Of a stretch of DNA of 64,000 nt, positions 47,301 through 56,379 are shown piece after piece. The stretch is from positions 7,656 through 71,655 of the forward strand of contig DASTHW010000013.1 of assembly GCA_035717985.1 (NCBI GenBank), given 5' to 3'. A program made the translations under genes and the position numbers. This stretch comes from Candidatus Saccharimonadales bacterium (GTDB taxonomy: Bacteria; Patescibacteriota; Saccharimonadia; Saccharimonadales; UBA10212). The stretch's first letter is position 1. Each line of letters opens with the position of its first letter. Under the pieces are notes generated by a model. The model did no database searches and had not been told where the DNA came from. It worked only from the letters and a program-made list of their open reading frames with translations.

Positions 47301-47309
47301 TTATTGTTC

Positions 47310-48956
47310 CTACATCATATCCATGCCGCCGCCCATACCGGCGCCCGGCATTGGCGGGGTCTTTTCGGGTATTTCGACCACCAGCGCGCCCATGGTCATA
47401 GCCGTGCCGGCTACAGAGACGGCGTTTTGGATAGCCTCTTTGGTGACCCTGGCCGGGTCAACAATACCAGCAGTTTTCATATCAATTAGTTTGGTGGCGT
47501 CGTTGACATTGACTCCCTGCCCCGGCTTAGCTTTACGGACCTGCGGTAGCCATTCGTCAGGGTTGATACCGGCATTCTCTAGCAAAATACGGAATGGCTG
47601 TTCCAGTGCTCTAAACAGCAGGCTCTGGCCAGCCAAAACCGAAGAGTGTTCGGTGCTGGGTTTGACAGCAAAGACTAGATTGATCATAGTCACGCCGCCG
47701 CCGGCCACCACACCCTCATCCAGGGCGGCTTTCACGGCCGCCACGGCATCGTCTACACGGAATTTCTTCTCTTCAATCTCGGTTTCAGTGGCCCCACCGA
47801 CTTTGATGACGGCTACCTTGCCGGAAAGCGCCGCCCGGCGCTTTTCTAACTGCTCACGGTCGTACTCACTGCTGGCAGAATCAGCCTGTTTGCTAATTTG
47901 GCTGATGCGTTCCTTGACGGCCGAGGCCGGGCCGCCACCCTCGATGATGGTAGTTTCATCCTTAGTGACAATCACCTTACGGGCAGTGCCGATTACGCTC
48001 ATATCGGCGTTTTCAAAAGTGACACCCAGCTCCTCGCTGATGACCTCGCCGCCGGTTAAGGTGGCAATGTCAGCTAAAATTTCTTTTCGGCGGTCGCCAA
48101 AGCTGGGAGCTTTAATGGCTACGGTGTTAAAGACGCCTTTTAGCTTGTTAAGAATCAGCGTACCTAGAGCCTCGCCTTCGACATCCTCAGCAATGATTAC
48201 TAGGTCTTTCTTGCCGGCGGCGGCCAGTTTCTCAAGCAGTGGCAAAAACTCCTGGACCGAGCTGATCTTTGCGTCGGTGATTAAGATGGCCGGCTTTTCG
48301 TAGACCGCCTCCATGCGTGCAGTATCCGTCACCATGTAAGGGCTAACGTAGCCGCGGTCCATGGTAAAGCCCTCAACCACTTCGCTTTCCATAGCTAGGC
48401 CCTGGCCCTCTTCTACGGTCACCACGCCGTCTTTACCGACTTTATCCATGACTTCGGCAATCAAATTGCCGATTTGCTCATCGCCGGCGCTAATAGCGGC
48501 CACCTCGGCCACCCGGTTTTTCTTACCGGCAATATCTTCACTCAAGGAACCCAGGCGGCCTAACACGTCCTCAGCGGCCGCTTCCAGGCCTTTTCGCAGG
48601 AGCAGTGGGTTGTGGCCGGCGGCAATCAGCTTATTGGCTTCATTTAAGATGTGATAGGTCAGCACCGTGACGGTAGTAGTGCCGTCACCGGCGGTGTCAT
48701 TCATTTTGGACGCGGCCTGCTTGATAAGCTCGGCGCCGACACTGTAGCCCAGCGTCTCGTCGTCATCATCGGGCAGTTCCACGCCTTTAGCGACAGTTAC
48801 ACCGTCGTGAGTAACCGTCGGGCTACCGTAGCTTTTACTAATAACTACATTGCGGCCGCGTGGCCCCATAGTGGTCTTAACAGCGTCGTAGAGCACCTGC
48901 GCCCCGCCCAGCAGGCGCCGGCGGGCATCATCGTCATAAAATACTTTTTTAGCCAT
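47310..48956 (-). CDS. groL: chaperonin GroEL
   Basis: 548 aa. MAKKVFYDDDARRRLLGGAQVLYDAVKTTMGPRGRNVVI with a Gly-Gly-Met C-terminal tail. Confidence 0.95.
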   Translation of the reverse strand: MAKKVFYDDDARRRLLGGAQVLYDAVKTTMGPRGRNVVISKSYGSPTVTHDGVTVAKGVELPDDDDETLGYSVGAELIKQAASKMNDTAGDGTTTVTVLTYHILNEANKLIAAGHNPLLLRKGLEAAAEDVLGRLGSLSEDIAGKKNRVAEVAAISAGDEQIGNLIAEVMDKVGKDGVVTVEEGQGLAMESEVVEGFTMDRGYVSPYMVTDTARMEAVYEKPAILITDAKISSVQEFLPLLEKLAAAGKKDLVIIAEDVEGEALGTLILNKLKGVFNTVAIKAPSFGDRRKEILADIATLTGGEVISEELGVTFENADMSVIGTARKVIVTKDETTIIEGGGPASAVKERISQISKQADSASSEYDREQLEKRRAALSGKVAVIKVGGATETEIEEKKFRVDDAVAAVKAALDEGVVAGGGVTMINLVFAVKPSTEHSSVLAGQSLLFRALEQPFRILLENAGINPDEWLPQVRKAKPGQGVNVNDATKLIDMKTAGIVDPARVTKEAIQNAVSVAGTAMTMGALVVEIPEKTPPMPGAGMGGGMDMM

Positions 48957-48964
48957 CTTATCTC

Positions 48965-49231
48965 CTATTTAACCTTAGCGATTATGTCTTCTTCTTTGAC
49001 CAATATATATTCTTGGTCACCAACTTTTACCTCGGTGGTGCTATAGCTTTTATAAACTATGCGGTCGCCGGCCTTAATTTCTTTAACATTTTTGCCCACG
49101 CTTAAAACTCTGGCGGTTTTAGGCTTTTCGGCCGCCTTATCCGGCAAATAAATGCCACTGGCAGTCTTAGTCACGGCCTCTTCGGCCTCGGCTACTACCC
49201 AGTCGCTTAGTGGTTGCAGTGGTGAAGACAT
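48965..49231 (-). CDS. groS: co-chaperonin GroES
   Basis: 88 aa with a mobile-loop GroES pattern. It is 8 nt upstream of groEL. Confidence 0.9.
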   Translation of the reverse strand: MSSPLQPLSDWVVAEAEEAVTKTASGIYLPDKAAEKPKTARVLSVGKNVKEIKAGDRIVYKSYSTTEVKVGDQEYILVKEEDIIAKVK

Positions 49232-49434
49232 AGGTCATCCTCCTTAGACTTGTTTAGAGATAGGGCTTACATGATTTGGTATAGCGCAAGGCCATAGCCG
49301 AGGATACGGACTGAGGCGTATATCAATACCCCGAAGGAGTACCGCAGGCTATAACACAGCGATATGCCAAATAGTGGTGGCTATTGCCAACTGGCTTAGC
49401 CAGTGGGCAGGTCAACACGGCATGTAAGTCCTAG

Positions 49435-49473
49435 CTAGCACTCATAATAGTAGAGTGCCAAATTTGCTGTCAA
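49435..49473 (-). promoter_or_regulatory. groESL sigma70-type promoter (TTGACA-17-TATTAT) overlapped by CIRCE-like operator CTAGCACTC-N9-GAGTGCCAA
   Basis: CIRCE consensus is TTAGCACTC-N9-GAGTGCTAA; the observed element is at 49435-49461. On the minus strand, TTGACA (49468-49473) and TATTAT (49445-49450) have a 17-nt spacer. Confidence 0.65.
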
Positions 49474-49504
49474 GCCCTTTAACCCGTACTTGCTTTTCCA
49501 CAGG

Positions 49505-49520
49505 AATATTGGACAATATT
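49505..49520. promoter_or_regulatory. palindrome AATATTG-ga-CAATATT upstream of the cassette-2 promoter
   Basis: Read directly from the sequence. Confidence 0.3.
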
Positions 49521-49547
49521 GCTTTCATAACCGTTCGGGTTTATACT
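49519..49547 (+). promoter_or_regulatory. sigma70-type promoter TTGCTT-17-TATACT driving the high-GC ORF at 49605
   Basis: It lies in host-like AT-rich DNA just upstream of the GC-rich cassette. The ~50-nt leader contains the palindrome CCGTCCA-atc-TGGACGG (49574-49590) and the RBS GGAGAGGGGAG. Confidence 0.5.
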
Positions 49548-49604
49548 CACTTTTAGTCCTATTCACATCTACACCGTCCAATCTGGACGGAGAGGGGAGT
49601 ACCC

Positions 49605-50048
49605 GTGCGAAAGGGCACCTTGGTCCATGGGGACCTGATGGTGGCGATCGTCCGTAGGGGACGGGGCTGGCGCGTCCGCGTCACCCGCCCCCGCGGCCAC
49701 AAGGATCTGCCGCCGCGCGTGCTGGGGCTCATGCTCCTGCATTTCGAGCACTCAGAGCTGTGCCCGAAGGGGCAGGAGTACCGGCCCGGCAGAACGCTGG
49801 ACGAGACGGGGAGGCGCTTCATCCTCGTCGACGGTCCCCTGGACGATTCGTTCTGCACCGATGAGTGCCAGCGGAGCCTGGCCTCGTCGCACGCGAGCGA
49901 CATCGTCGGAAGGTGCTTCGAAGTGGCCGCCAGCGAGGAGGCCATCACGGACAAGGTCGACGCCGGTGCGGGCGAGCCCGAGCCGGCCAAGCACTCCAGG
50001 CGCCAGCGCCTGCCGGCACGTGTCTACGCTCCCGCTCGCGCGGCCTGA
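49605..50048 (+). CDS. high-GC ORF (147 aa), hypothetical; actinobacterial-style codon usage
   Basis: GTG start 6 nt after GGAGAGGGGAG. G/C at codon position 3 is very high throughout (ctg, gtc, cgc, gac, ttc, atc...). The product is Arg-rich, MRKGTLVHGDLMVAIVRRGRGWRVRVTRPRGHKDLPPRVLGLMLLHFEHSELCPKG... Confidence 0.55.
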   Translation: MRKGTLVHGDLMVAIVRRGRGWRVRVTRPRGHKDLPPRVLGLMLLHFEHSELCPKGQEYRPGRTLDETGRRFILVDGPLDDSFCTDECQRSLASSHASDIVGRCFEVAASEEAITDKVDAGAGEPEPAKHSRRQRLPARVYAPARAA

Positions 50049-50120
50049 CCAGCAAACACCGGTCAGGCGCCCGCGCCGAACAAATTCTCTGAAAGGAGGT
50101 GTGGCCTAGGCCAGATGGGC

Positions 50121-50226
50121 GGCGAAGGCGCGGTAAGCAAACTCCGCGCCTTCGCCCCCGGCCCTTAGCCGGATAGGGCTAACCAGCCGCGTTTTCTGCT
50201 TATTTCTCACGGGCAGAAACCGCGGC
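50121..50226. terminator. cluster of GC-rich hairpins downstream of the cassette-2 ORF (bidirectional terminator-like)
   Basis: GGCGAAGGCGCGG-taagcaaact-CCGCGCCTTCGCC (50121-50156, perfect 13-bp stem) and GCCGCGTTTTCTGC-(13 nt)-GCAGAAACCGCGGC (50186-50226), followed by TTTAGTCGTTTAAT. Confidence 0.55.
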
Positions 50227-50308
50227 TTTAGTCGTTTAATAAACTTAGCTATGTATCTTTACCGGCTAAGCGCTTTTGGTTCAGTCTAATCTGAGATCCA
50301 GTTTTCTT

Positions 50309-51607
50309 TTATTCAGTGAGCAGTTCGCGGGCGATTTGCCTCTCGTCCCACGGCTCATCTACCCCGCCCATATTGCGGGTGGTCTGGTGGCCGATGCCAG
50401 CCAGCAGTACGGCGTCACCGCGCCGGGCCGAGTTAAAGGCTGTAATAATTGCCTCCCGGCGGTCGCCGATAATTTTGGTTCTGCCTTCCCCGCCGGCTTT
50501 TTTAATACCGGCATAGACTGACTGGCGGATGGCCTCGGGGTCCTCAGTGTACGTCTCATCATCAGTTAGAAAAATAAGATCGGCATTTTTGGCCGCCGCC
50601 TCGCCCATTATCGGCCGCTTAGTCTTATCGCGGTCGCCAGTAGCTCCAAACACCACCAGTACTCTTCCCACCGCCGACTTGCCGATTTCCTGCAGGGTCC
50701 GCTCTAGGGCCTCCGGTGTTACAGCATAATCAACTATCACTTCAAAGGGCTGGCCAGCTGAGATCTTTTCCATCCGGCCCGGCACCGCCTCTAGCGCCCC
50801 CACCCCTTTCTCGATCTGTTGGCGAGTTAGCCCTAAGACCTGCCCTACGCCCACGGCCGCTAAGGTGTTATAAACGTTAAAATGGCCCACTAGCTTACTT
50901 TTTATGTGAAAGGCTTGGCCGTTAAGTTCGGCCCGGTAAGAGATACCAGTCGGCTGGCTGACTACGCCCTTAGCCCTTAGTTCGCCGTGATTGATGCCGT
51001 ATAAAACTGAATGCTTGATAACTTTAGCAAACAGGTTGACGCTGTCGTCATCGGCGTTAATGACCCCTGTCCGCAGGCCGCTGTGGTGGCGATTGGTCAT
51101 TTTAAATAAACAGCGTTTAGCCTCACGGTAGCGCTTAAAGGTACCGTGATAATCCAGGTGTTCATGACTAATATTAGTTAAAACGGCTATCGAATACGGC
51201 AGGCTCCAAACCCGGTGCTGAGCCAGAGCGTGGCTGGAAGTCTCTAGCACCAGCCAGTCGATTTTTTGACGCTTCATTTCCTTAATTCGTCTTAGCAAAA
51301 TCGGCACTGGTACAGTGGTCATATGCTCTTTTTGAGGTTTAATATCAAGTCCCACGCCCCAACCGACAGTTGTCATAACGCCGACGTTATAGCCGGCCTC
51401 AAGTAACATCCGATGAATTAAAAAGCAGGTTGTTGTCTTACCGTCGGTACCAGTTACGCCGATAACATTCATCCCCCGGGCCGGAAAACCGTGAACGACA
51501 TTTAAAATAATCGCCTCGGCCCAGTGGCCGTAAGGCTCTACCAGTCTAAATAAGCGTCTAGGAATTAGCTTTTTGACTAATTTTCTGGGATTCATATCTA
51601 GATTCAT
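50309..51607 (-). CDS. MurE-like Mur ligase (UDP-N-acetylmuramoyl-tripeptide ligase family) with short N-terminal region
   Basis: P-loop GVTGTDGKTTT. The C-terminal domain DYAVTPEALERTLQ...VFGATGDRDKTKRP...FLTDDETYTEDPEAI...GDRREAI...LLAGIGHQ matches the MurE C-terminal pattern. Only ~50 aa precede the P-loop. Confidence 0.75.
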   Translation of the reverse strand: MNLDMNPRKLVKKLIPRRLFRLVEPYGHWAEAIILNVVHGFPARGMNVIGVTGTDGKTTTCFLIHRMLLEAGYNVGVMTTVGWGVGLDIKPQKEHMTTVPVPILLRRIKEMKRQKIDWLVLETSSHALAQHRVWSLPYSIAVLTNISHEHLDYHGTFKRYREAKRCLFKMTNRHHSGLRTGVINADDDSVNLFAKVIKHSVLYGINHGELRAKGVVSQPTGISYRAELNGQAFHIKSKLVGHFNVYNTLAAVGVGQVLGLTRQQIEKGVGALEAVPGRMEKISAGQPFEVIVDYAVTPEALERTLQEIGKSAVGRVLVVFGATGDRDKTKRPIMGEAAAKNADLIFLTDDETYTEDPEAIRQSVYAGIKKAGGEGRTKIIGDRREAIITAFNSARRGDAVLLAGIGHQTTRNMGGVDEPWDERQIARELLTE

Positions 51608-51719
51608 TTCCTTTCAGATGGCGGGCACTAGTTCAGATAATCAGCTTAGCTTACGGCTTTAGTATACTATTACAACTGATGAGCGCAGTTAGAATTTATA
51701 AGACTTTGAAAGTTAGCTC

Positions 51720-52778
51720 GTGACGATACTAGGTATTGAAACATCTTGCGATGAGACAGCCGCCGCCGTAGTTGAAGACGGCCAAAACATGCTTAGCAAT
51801 GTGGTGGCTTCCAGTGTTGACCTGCATAAAGCTTACGGCGGCGTAGTGCCGGAAATTGCCGCCCGTAGCCATCTGGAGGTTATTACCCCTGTCATTGAAG
51901 AGGCTTTGACCACCGCCAAACGCCGCTGGTCAGACATCGACGCTATCGCCGTCACCCAGGGGCCGGGCCTGGCCGGCTCACTTTTGATCGGTGTCGTTAC
52001 CGCTAAAAGCTTAGCTATGACAAAGAATAAGCCTCTTTACCCGATTAACCACGTTGAGGCGCACATCTATGCCAATTTTATTACTGGCTCAACCCTCGCT
52101 GGCTATCAACTACTGCAAAAAGCCCCTGCCCTACCCCTGTTAGCTCTAATTATCTCCGGCGGTCATAGCCATCTAATTTATCTAGAGGCGCCCGGCAAAT
52201 ACCAAGTCATTGGCCGCACCCTAGATGATGCCGTGGGCGAAGCTTTTGATAAAGTGGCTAAACTGCTAGGCTTGCCCTACCCCGGCGGCCCGTCTATCTC
52301 TCACGCCGCCGAGAGGGGTAATGCCTCTGCTTATAAACTGCCGAAGGCCCACACCGACGGCCCATATGACTTTAGCTTTTCCGGCCTTAAAACAGCGGTG
52401 CTGAGAACTGCCCAGACGGCCGCCGGCCACGATTTTAGCCTGCCCTCCACCCGCCTGCCAGCACTATTAACAGATAAGCAAAAGGTTGATTTGGCCGCCA
52501 GCTTTCAGGCCACGGCCTTAGAGACACTGGTTGATAAACTGGCAAAAGCCGTAGATGATTTCCAGCCGGCGTCAGTTGTAATAGGCGGCGGCGTAGCCGC
52601 TAATAAACCCCTGCGAGCTCTTGTAACAAAACGCTTAAAAACAGAGGTAGAGTACGCCGACCCGCGGCTATGTACTGATAATGGTGCCATGATAGCCGGA
52701 TTAGCCTTTTTCATGGCCCAGGCTGGCCCGCCTGCCCCTCCAGCTAGCTGGGATGTTGAACCTAACCTAGCCTTATAA
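51720..52778 (+). CDS. tsaD: tRNA N6-adenosine threonylcarbamoyltransferase TsaD (Kae1/Gcp family)
   Basis: GTG start. ILGIETSCDETAAAV, His-His metal site (HVEAHIYA), 352 aa. Confidence 0.9.
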   Translation: MTILGIETSCDETAAAVVEDGQNMLSNVVASSVDLHKAYGGVVPEIAARSHLEVITPVIEEALTTAKRRWSDIDAIAVTQGPGLAGSLLIGVVTAKSLAMTKNKPLYPINHVEAHIYANFITGSTLAGYQLLQKAPALPLLALIISGGHSHLIYLEAPGKYQVIGRTLDDAVGEAFDKVAKLLGLPYPGGPSISHAAERGNASAYKLPKAHTDGPYDFSFSGLKTAVLRTAQTAAGHDFSLPSTRLPALLTDKQKVDLAASFQATALETLVDKLAKAVDDFQPASVVIGGGVAANKPLRALVTKRLKTEVEYADPRLCTDNGAMIAGLAFFMAQAGPPAPPASWDVEPNLAL

Positions 52779-52875
52779 AGCTAGCCGGCTTGATAGTAAT
52801 TCGGGGTAAATCAGTTTCATATGAAAGGTATTTGGCCTTTAGTCAAGCCCCCGTTAGCGGTATACTGTAGCAAAG

Positions 52876-55458
52876 ATGAAATTACCGCACGTCTACGAAC
52901 CAGGAAAATACGAAGCCGACATATATCTGCTATGGGAACGCAATGAAGCTTTTCGCCCGGCTAACAGAGGCGGGGAAGGGCACTTCAGTGTGGTTTTCCC
53001 GCCGCCCAATGCTAACGGTGACTTGCATATGGGTCACGCCCTGACTACGGCTATTCAAGATTCTTTGGTGCGCTATAACCGGATGACCGGCCAGCCGACA
53101 ATATTTGTGCCAGGGGCCGACCATGCCGGCTTTGAGACCTGGGTGGTTTATGAGCGCAAGCTAAACGAGCAGGGCAAAAGCCGCTTTGATTTCACTCGAG
53201 AAGAGTTATATAAGCAGGTTTGGGACTTCGTCCAAGCCAATCGGCATAATTTTGAGGCTCAGCTGAGGGCTTTGGGCGCCAGCTTTGACTGGGGTCAGTT
53301 TACTTTTACCCTCGACGGCAAGGTGGTTAAAAGTTCTTATAGCCTCTTTAAAAAAATGTGGGATGAGGGCCTGATCTATAGAGGTCTAAGAATAGTCAAC
53401 TTCTGTACTTTTCACGGCACCAGCTTTTCGGACATTGAGGTGATCCACGAGGATGAGGACAGCCGCCTATGGCATATCGCCTACCCCCTGAGTGACGGCA
53501 GTGGGGAAGTGGTGGTAGCGACCACCCGCCCCGAGACTATGCTTGGTGATACCGCTGTGGCCGTAAATCCCGATGATGATAGATATAAATCTGTTGTAGG
53601 AAAAACTATTAAACTCCCCTTATCTAAGCGGGAAATTCCGATTGTAGCCGACAAAATGGTGGATCCCCAGTTTGGCAGTGGTGCCGTAAAAGTGACTCCG
53701 GCCCACGACCCGAATGACTTTGAAGTAGCGGGTCGCCATAATTTACCACTAATCGAAGTCATAACCACCGAAGGTAAAATCGGCCCTAAAGCGCCAAAAC
53801 CGTTCCGGGGACTGACGGTTAGCCAGGCTCGCTCAGCCGTCGAAAAGGCTTTGGAAGAGCAGGGGTTTATGCGCGGCTCAGAACCTTACCGCCACGCTGT
53901 TGGTAAGTGCTATAAGTGCGGCACAGTCATCGAGCCCCTGCCGCGCCAGCAATGGTTTGTTAAGATGCGCTCGCTCGCTGAAAAGGCGGAGCGCTATTTA
54001 AATCATGACCAAATTAAGTTTTACCCGGCCAGTAAGAAAAAGCAGGTCTTAAATTATCTTGCCGAAGTTAAAGATTGGAATATTAGCCGCCAGATTGCCT
54101 GGGGCATACCGATCCCGGCATTCGTTAATACCAAAGATGAGAACGACTGGATTTTTGACGAGCGGGTCAATAAACAGACCATCAAGGTGGACGGGGTTAC
54201 TTACCGGCGCGACCCGGACGTTTTTGATACTTGGTTTTCCAGCGGCCAGTGGCCGTTTGTGACTTTGGACTACCCGGACGGGCCCGCCTTCAAACAATTT
54301 TACCCCTTAAGCCTGATGGAGACCGGCGGCGAGATTTTATACCAGTGGGTGGCCCGCATGATTATGCTGGGGCTTTATGTGACCGATGAGGTACCGTTTA
54401 AAAACGTTTATATCCACGGCTACGTGCTGGCTGAAGACGGCGCCAAGATGAGTAAAAGCCTGGGTAATGTTATCAATCCGCTGGATATCATCGGTGAATT
54501 TGGCTCCGACGCCCTGCGTATGGGTCTGCTAACCGGCCGGCGGCCCGGGATTAATCAGGGTTATCATCCGGCCAAAATCAAAGGTGGCCGCAATTTTGCC
54601 AACAAATTATGGAACATTGCCCGCTATACCGAAGATAAAGTTGGCGATGTGCCCGAGTTTCAGCCGTCGCTTACGGCTAATACTCTAGCTGAGCATTGGA
54701 TTTTGGCCAGGGCAGGGGAGACAGCAAGGGCTGTCGGGCAGGCGCTAGAAAATTACCGTCTCAGCGAGGCCTACGAGCATGTTTATGAATATATTTGGCA
54801 CGATTTAGCCGACTGGTACATAGAAGTTAGCAAAACCGAGCCTAATCCGGCCCTGCTAGCTGGCGTTCTCCAGCTGTCGCTTAAGCTGGTGCACCCGTTT
54901 GCGCCGTTTATCAGCGAGACTATCTGGCAGACTCTGGCCTGGACGCGCGACAGCCTGCTGGCTATCCAGCGCTGGCCGGCGCAAGCAGATCACGACCCAG
55001 CAAAAGCCAGCCAGTTTCAAGATTTAGTCGAGATTATCAGCGAAATCCGCCGCATTAACGCCGCTATGGGAGTCAAGGCGCCAGCGCTTTACTTTAGAGA
55101 CTCTGAGCTGATTAAGGGTAATGCCGGACTTATCCAGCGGCTGGCCGGCGTCTCAGCCGTGCAGGAATCAGGCGTACCAAAAAGCTTTGGGATTAGGATT
55201 AACAAAGTCGGCTTTGACTGCTGGCTAAATGTCGACACCGCCACCACCCAGGCCTATCTGGATAAGTTAATCGACCAAAGGCTAGTCCATCAAAAAAATA
55301 TAGATAATCTGCAGGCCCGTCTGAATAACCAGGGCTATCTAAAGCAGGCGCCGGCCGAGGTGGTTAATCAAAGCCGCGAGGGATTACAAAAAGAGCAGGC
55401 CCTGCTTAGCCAGATTCAATCGGAAATTGATAATTTTTCCAATCTGGCTGGAAGCTAA
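52876..55458 (+). CDS. valS: valine--tRNA ligase
   Basis: PPPNANGDLHMGHAL (HIGH), KMSKSLGN, a CP1 editing domain and a C-terminal coiled coil; 860 aa. Confidence 0.95.
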   Translation: MKLPHVYEPGKYEADIYLLWERNEAFRPANRGGEGHFSVVFPPPNANGDLHMGHALTTAIQDSLVRYNRMTGQPTIFVPGADHAGFETWVVYERKLNEQGKSRFDFTREELYKQVWDFVQANRHNFEAQLRALGASFDWGQFTFTLDGKVVKSSYSLFKKMWDEGLIYRGLRIVNFCTFHGTSFSDIEVIHEDEDSRLWHIAYPLSDGSGEVVVATTRPETMLGDTAVAVNPDDDRYKSVVGKTIKLPLSKREIPIVADKMVDPQFGSGAVKVTPAHDPNDFEVAGRHNLPLIEVITTEGKIGPKAPKPFRGLTVSQARSAVEKALEEQGFMRGSEPYRHAVGKCYKCGTVIEPLPRQQWFVKMRSLAEKAERYLNHDQIKFYPASKKKQVLNYLAEVKDWNISRQIAWGIPIPAFVNTKDENDWIFDERVNKQTIKVDGVTYRRDPDVFDTWFSSGQWPFVTLDYPDGPAFKQFYPLSLMETGGEILYQWVARMIMLGLYVTDEVPFKNVYIHGYVLAEDGAKMSKSLGNVINPLDIIGEFGSDALRMGLLTGRRPGINQGYHPAKIKGGRNFANKLWNIARYTEDKVGDVPEFQPSLTANTLAEHWILARAGETARAVGQALENYRLSEAYEHVYEYIWHDLADWYIEVSKTEPNPALLAGVLQLSLKLVHPFAPFISETIWQTLAWTRDSLLAIQRWPAQADHDPAKASQFQDLVEIISEIRRINAAMGVKAPALYFRDSELIKGNAGLIQRLAGVSAVQESGVPKSFGIRINKVGFDCWLNVDTATTQAYLDKLIDQRLVHQKNIDNLQARLNNQGYLKQAPAEVVNQSREGLQKEQALLSQIQSEIDNFSNLAGS

Positions 55459-56315
55459 AACTCCAGCACCTGCCGGGCCCGCTCGATACCTTCCTCGGGC
55501 CGGTAATCATCAAACCACAGCACGTGCCAGCCTAGGCGGTCGGCGGCCATCAGATTGGAACGGCCGTCATCAATAAGTAAAATTTCCTGAGCGCTTACTC
55601 CAGCTTTGGCTTGAGCAATTTCGTAGATTTTATCTTCGGGTTTAATGGATTTTACCTCGGCCGAGTCGATAATCAGTTCATAATCGACTCTAGGAATAAC
55701 GCCTTGAGATAACAGTTCACGGGTAAATCCCGGCATATTATTGGTCAGCAGGCCCAAACGGTAACTACCAGCGATCCAGTCAACTAGCGCGTCAATGCCC
55801 GGCATGGCTTCGATATTGGCCATATAGTAGTGCTTCCAGTCAAAACCAGAAAGTCCCAGCTCGTCGGCGAAAATGCCGTTAAAATCGGCGTAAGACAGCT
55901 CTCCGCGGCAAACGGCGTCGTTATGCCGCCAAAACAAGGTCTCGACAATGTCGGCGCTGACGGCCGCCTCCTGGGCGATCTGGCCAAAAGCCCGGTGAAA
56001 AAAGCGCACCAGCACGCCGTTAACATCCAAAAAGACAAAGCTGACCCCAGTTTTAGAGCGCTTTTTATCGGTGCCGTCCCCGGCCCGCTTGTTAAGCTCG
56101 ATATTTAGTAATTCCTCTAGTGATACACCTGTAGCGGCGGCGATAGAGGCCACCGTAAATACTGATGGTGACCGGATAGCCCCGCGTTCGATTTTGGCTA
56201 GGGTGGAATAAGACAGGCCGGCCTTTTGGCACAGCTCCTGCTGAGTCATTTTGGCCTGGCGCCGGGCCTGCGCCAGCCGTTTACCAAGCGCCTTTTCATC
56301 CATCAGCGGTGCCAC
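55455..56315 (-). CDS. fusion protein: XRE-family HTH DNA-binding domain (N-terminal) + HAD-like hydrolase domain (C-terminal)
   Basis: LGKRLAQARRQAKMTQQELCQKAGLSYSTLAKIERG (HTH_XRE). The C-terminal part has HAD-like motifs FVFLDVNGVL and ILLIDDGRSNLMAADRLGWHV. The start is probably the internal Met. Confidence 0.7.
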   Translation of the reverse strand: MAPLMDEKALGKRLAQARRQAKMTQQELCQKAGLSYSTLAKIERGAIRSPSVFTVASIAAATGVSLEELLNIELNKRAGDGTDKKRSKTGVSFVFLDVNGVLVRFFHRAFGQIAQEAAVSADIVETLFWRHNDAVCRGELSYADFNGIFADELGLSGFDWKHYYMANIEAMPGIDALVDWIAGSYRLGLLTNNMPGFTRELLSQGVIPRVDYELIIDSAEVKSIKPEDKIYEIAQAKAGVSAQEILLIDDGRSNLMAADRLGWHVLWFDDYRPEEGIERARQVLEF

Positions 56316-56379
56316 CCCTCATAGCCATATAATATCAGAAGCCGGCCGGCCGGCGGAAGAAAATTAGCTAAAATTGATA

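Larger units (their letters stand above)
49585..50260 (+). other. GC-rich cassette 2 (foreign-looking island)
   Basis: Abrupt rise in G+C starting at the RBS. It contains one ORF plus three consecutive GC-rich hairpins, and composition returns to background near 50260. Confidence 0.65.

Noticed and set aside
47001-47309. Possible riboswitch or ncRNA downstream of groEL (multiple hairpins, CTCGAGGGAAAGG...TTTTCTCGGGAAG)
   Set aside because: No recognisable riboswitch core (TPP, SAM, FMN, glycine etc.). The structures are explained by the groEL terminator and a bidirectional terminator for the convergent membrane-protein gene.
47296-48303. Long plus-strand ORFs (335 aa and others) inside groEL, and similar antisense ORFs inside polA, pnp, rnj, the DHH-like gene and the large surface-protein gene
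   Set aside because: They lie antisense to strongly supported conserved genes, have no RBS and are low-complexity Ala/Ser/Pro-rich. They are typical shadow ORFs.
49559-50109. Several overlapping ORFs on both strands in cassette 2 (49559..49990 -, 49752..49994 -, 49861..50109 +, 49865..50092 +)
   Set aside because: High GC suppresses stop codons in all frames. Only 49605..50048 has an RBS plus consistent GC3 bias.
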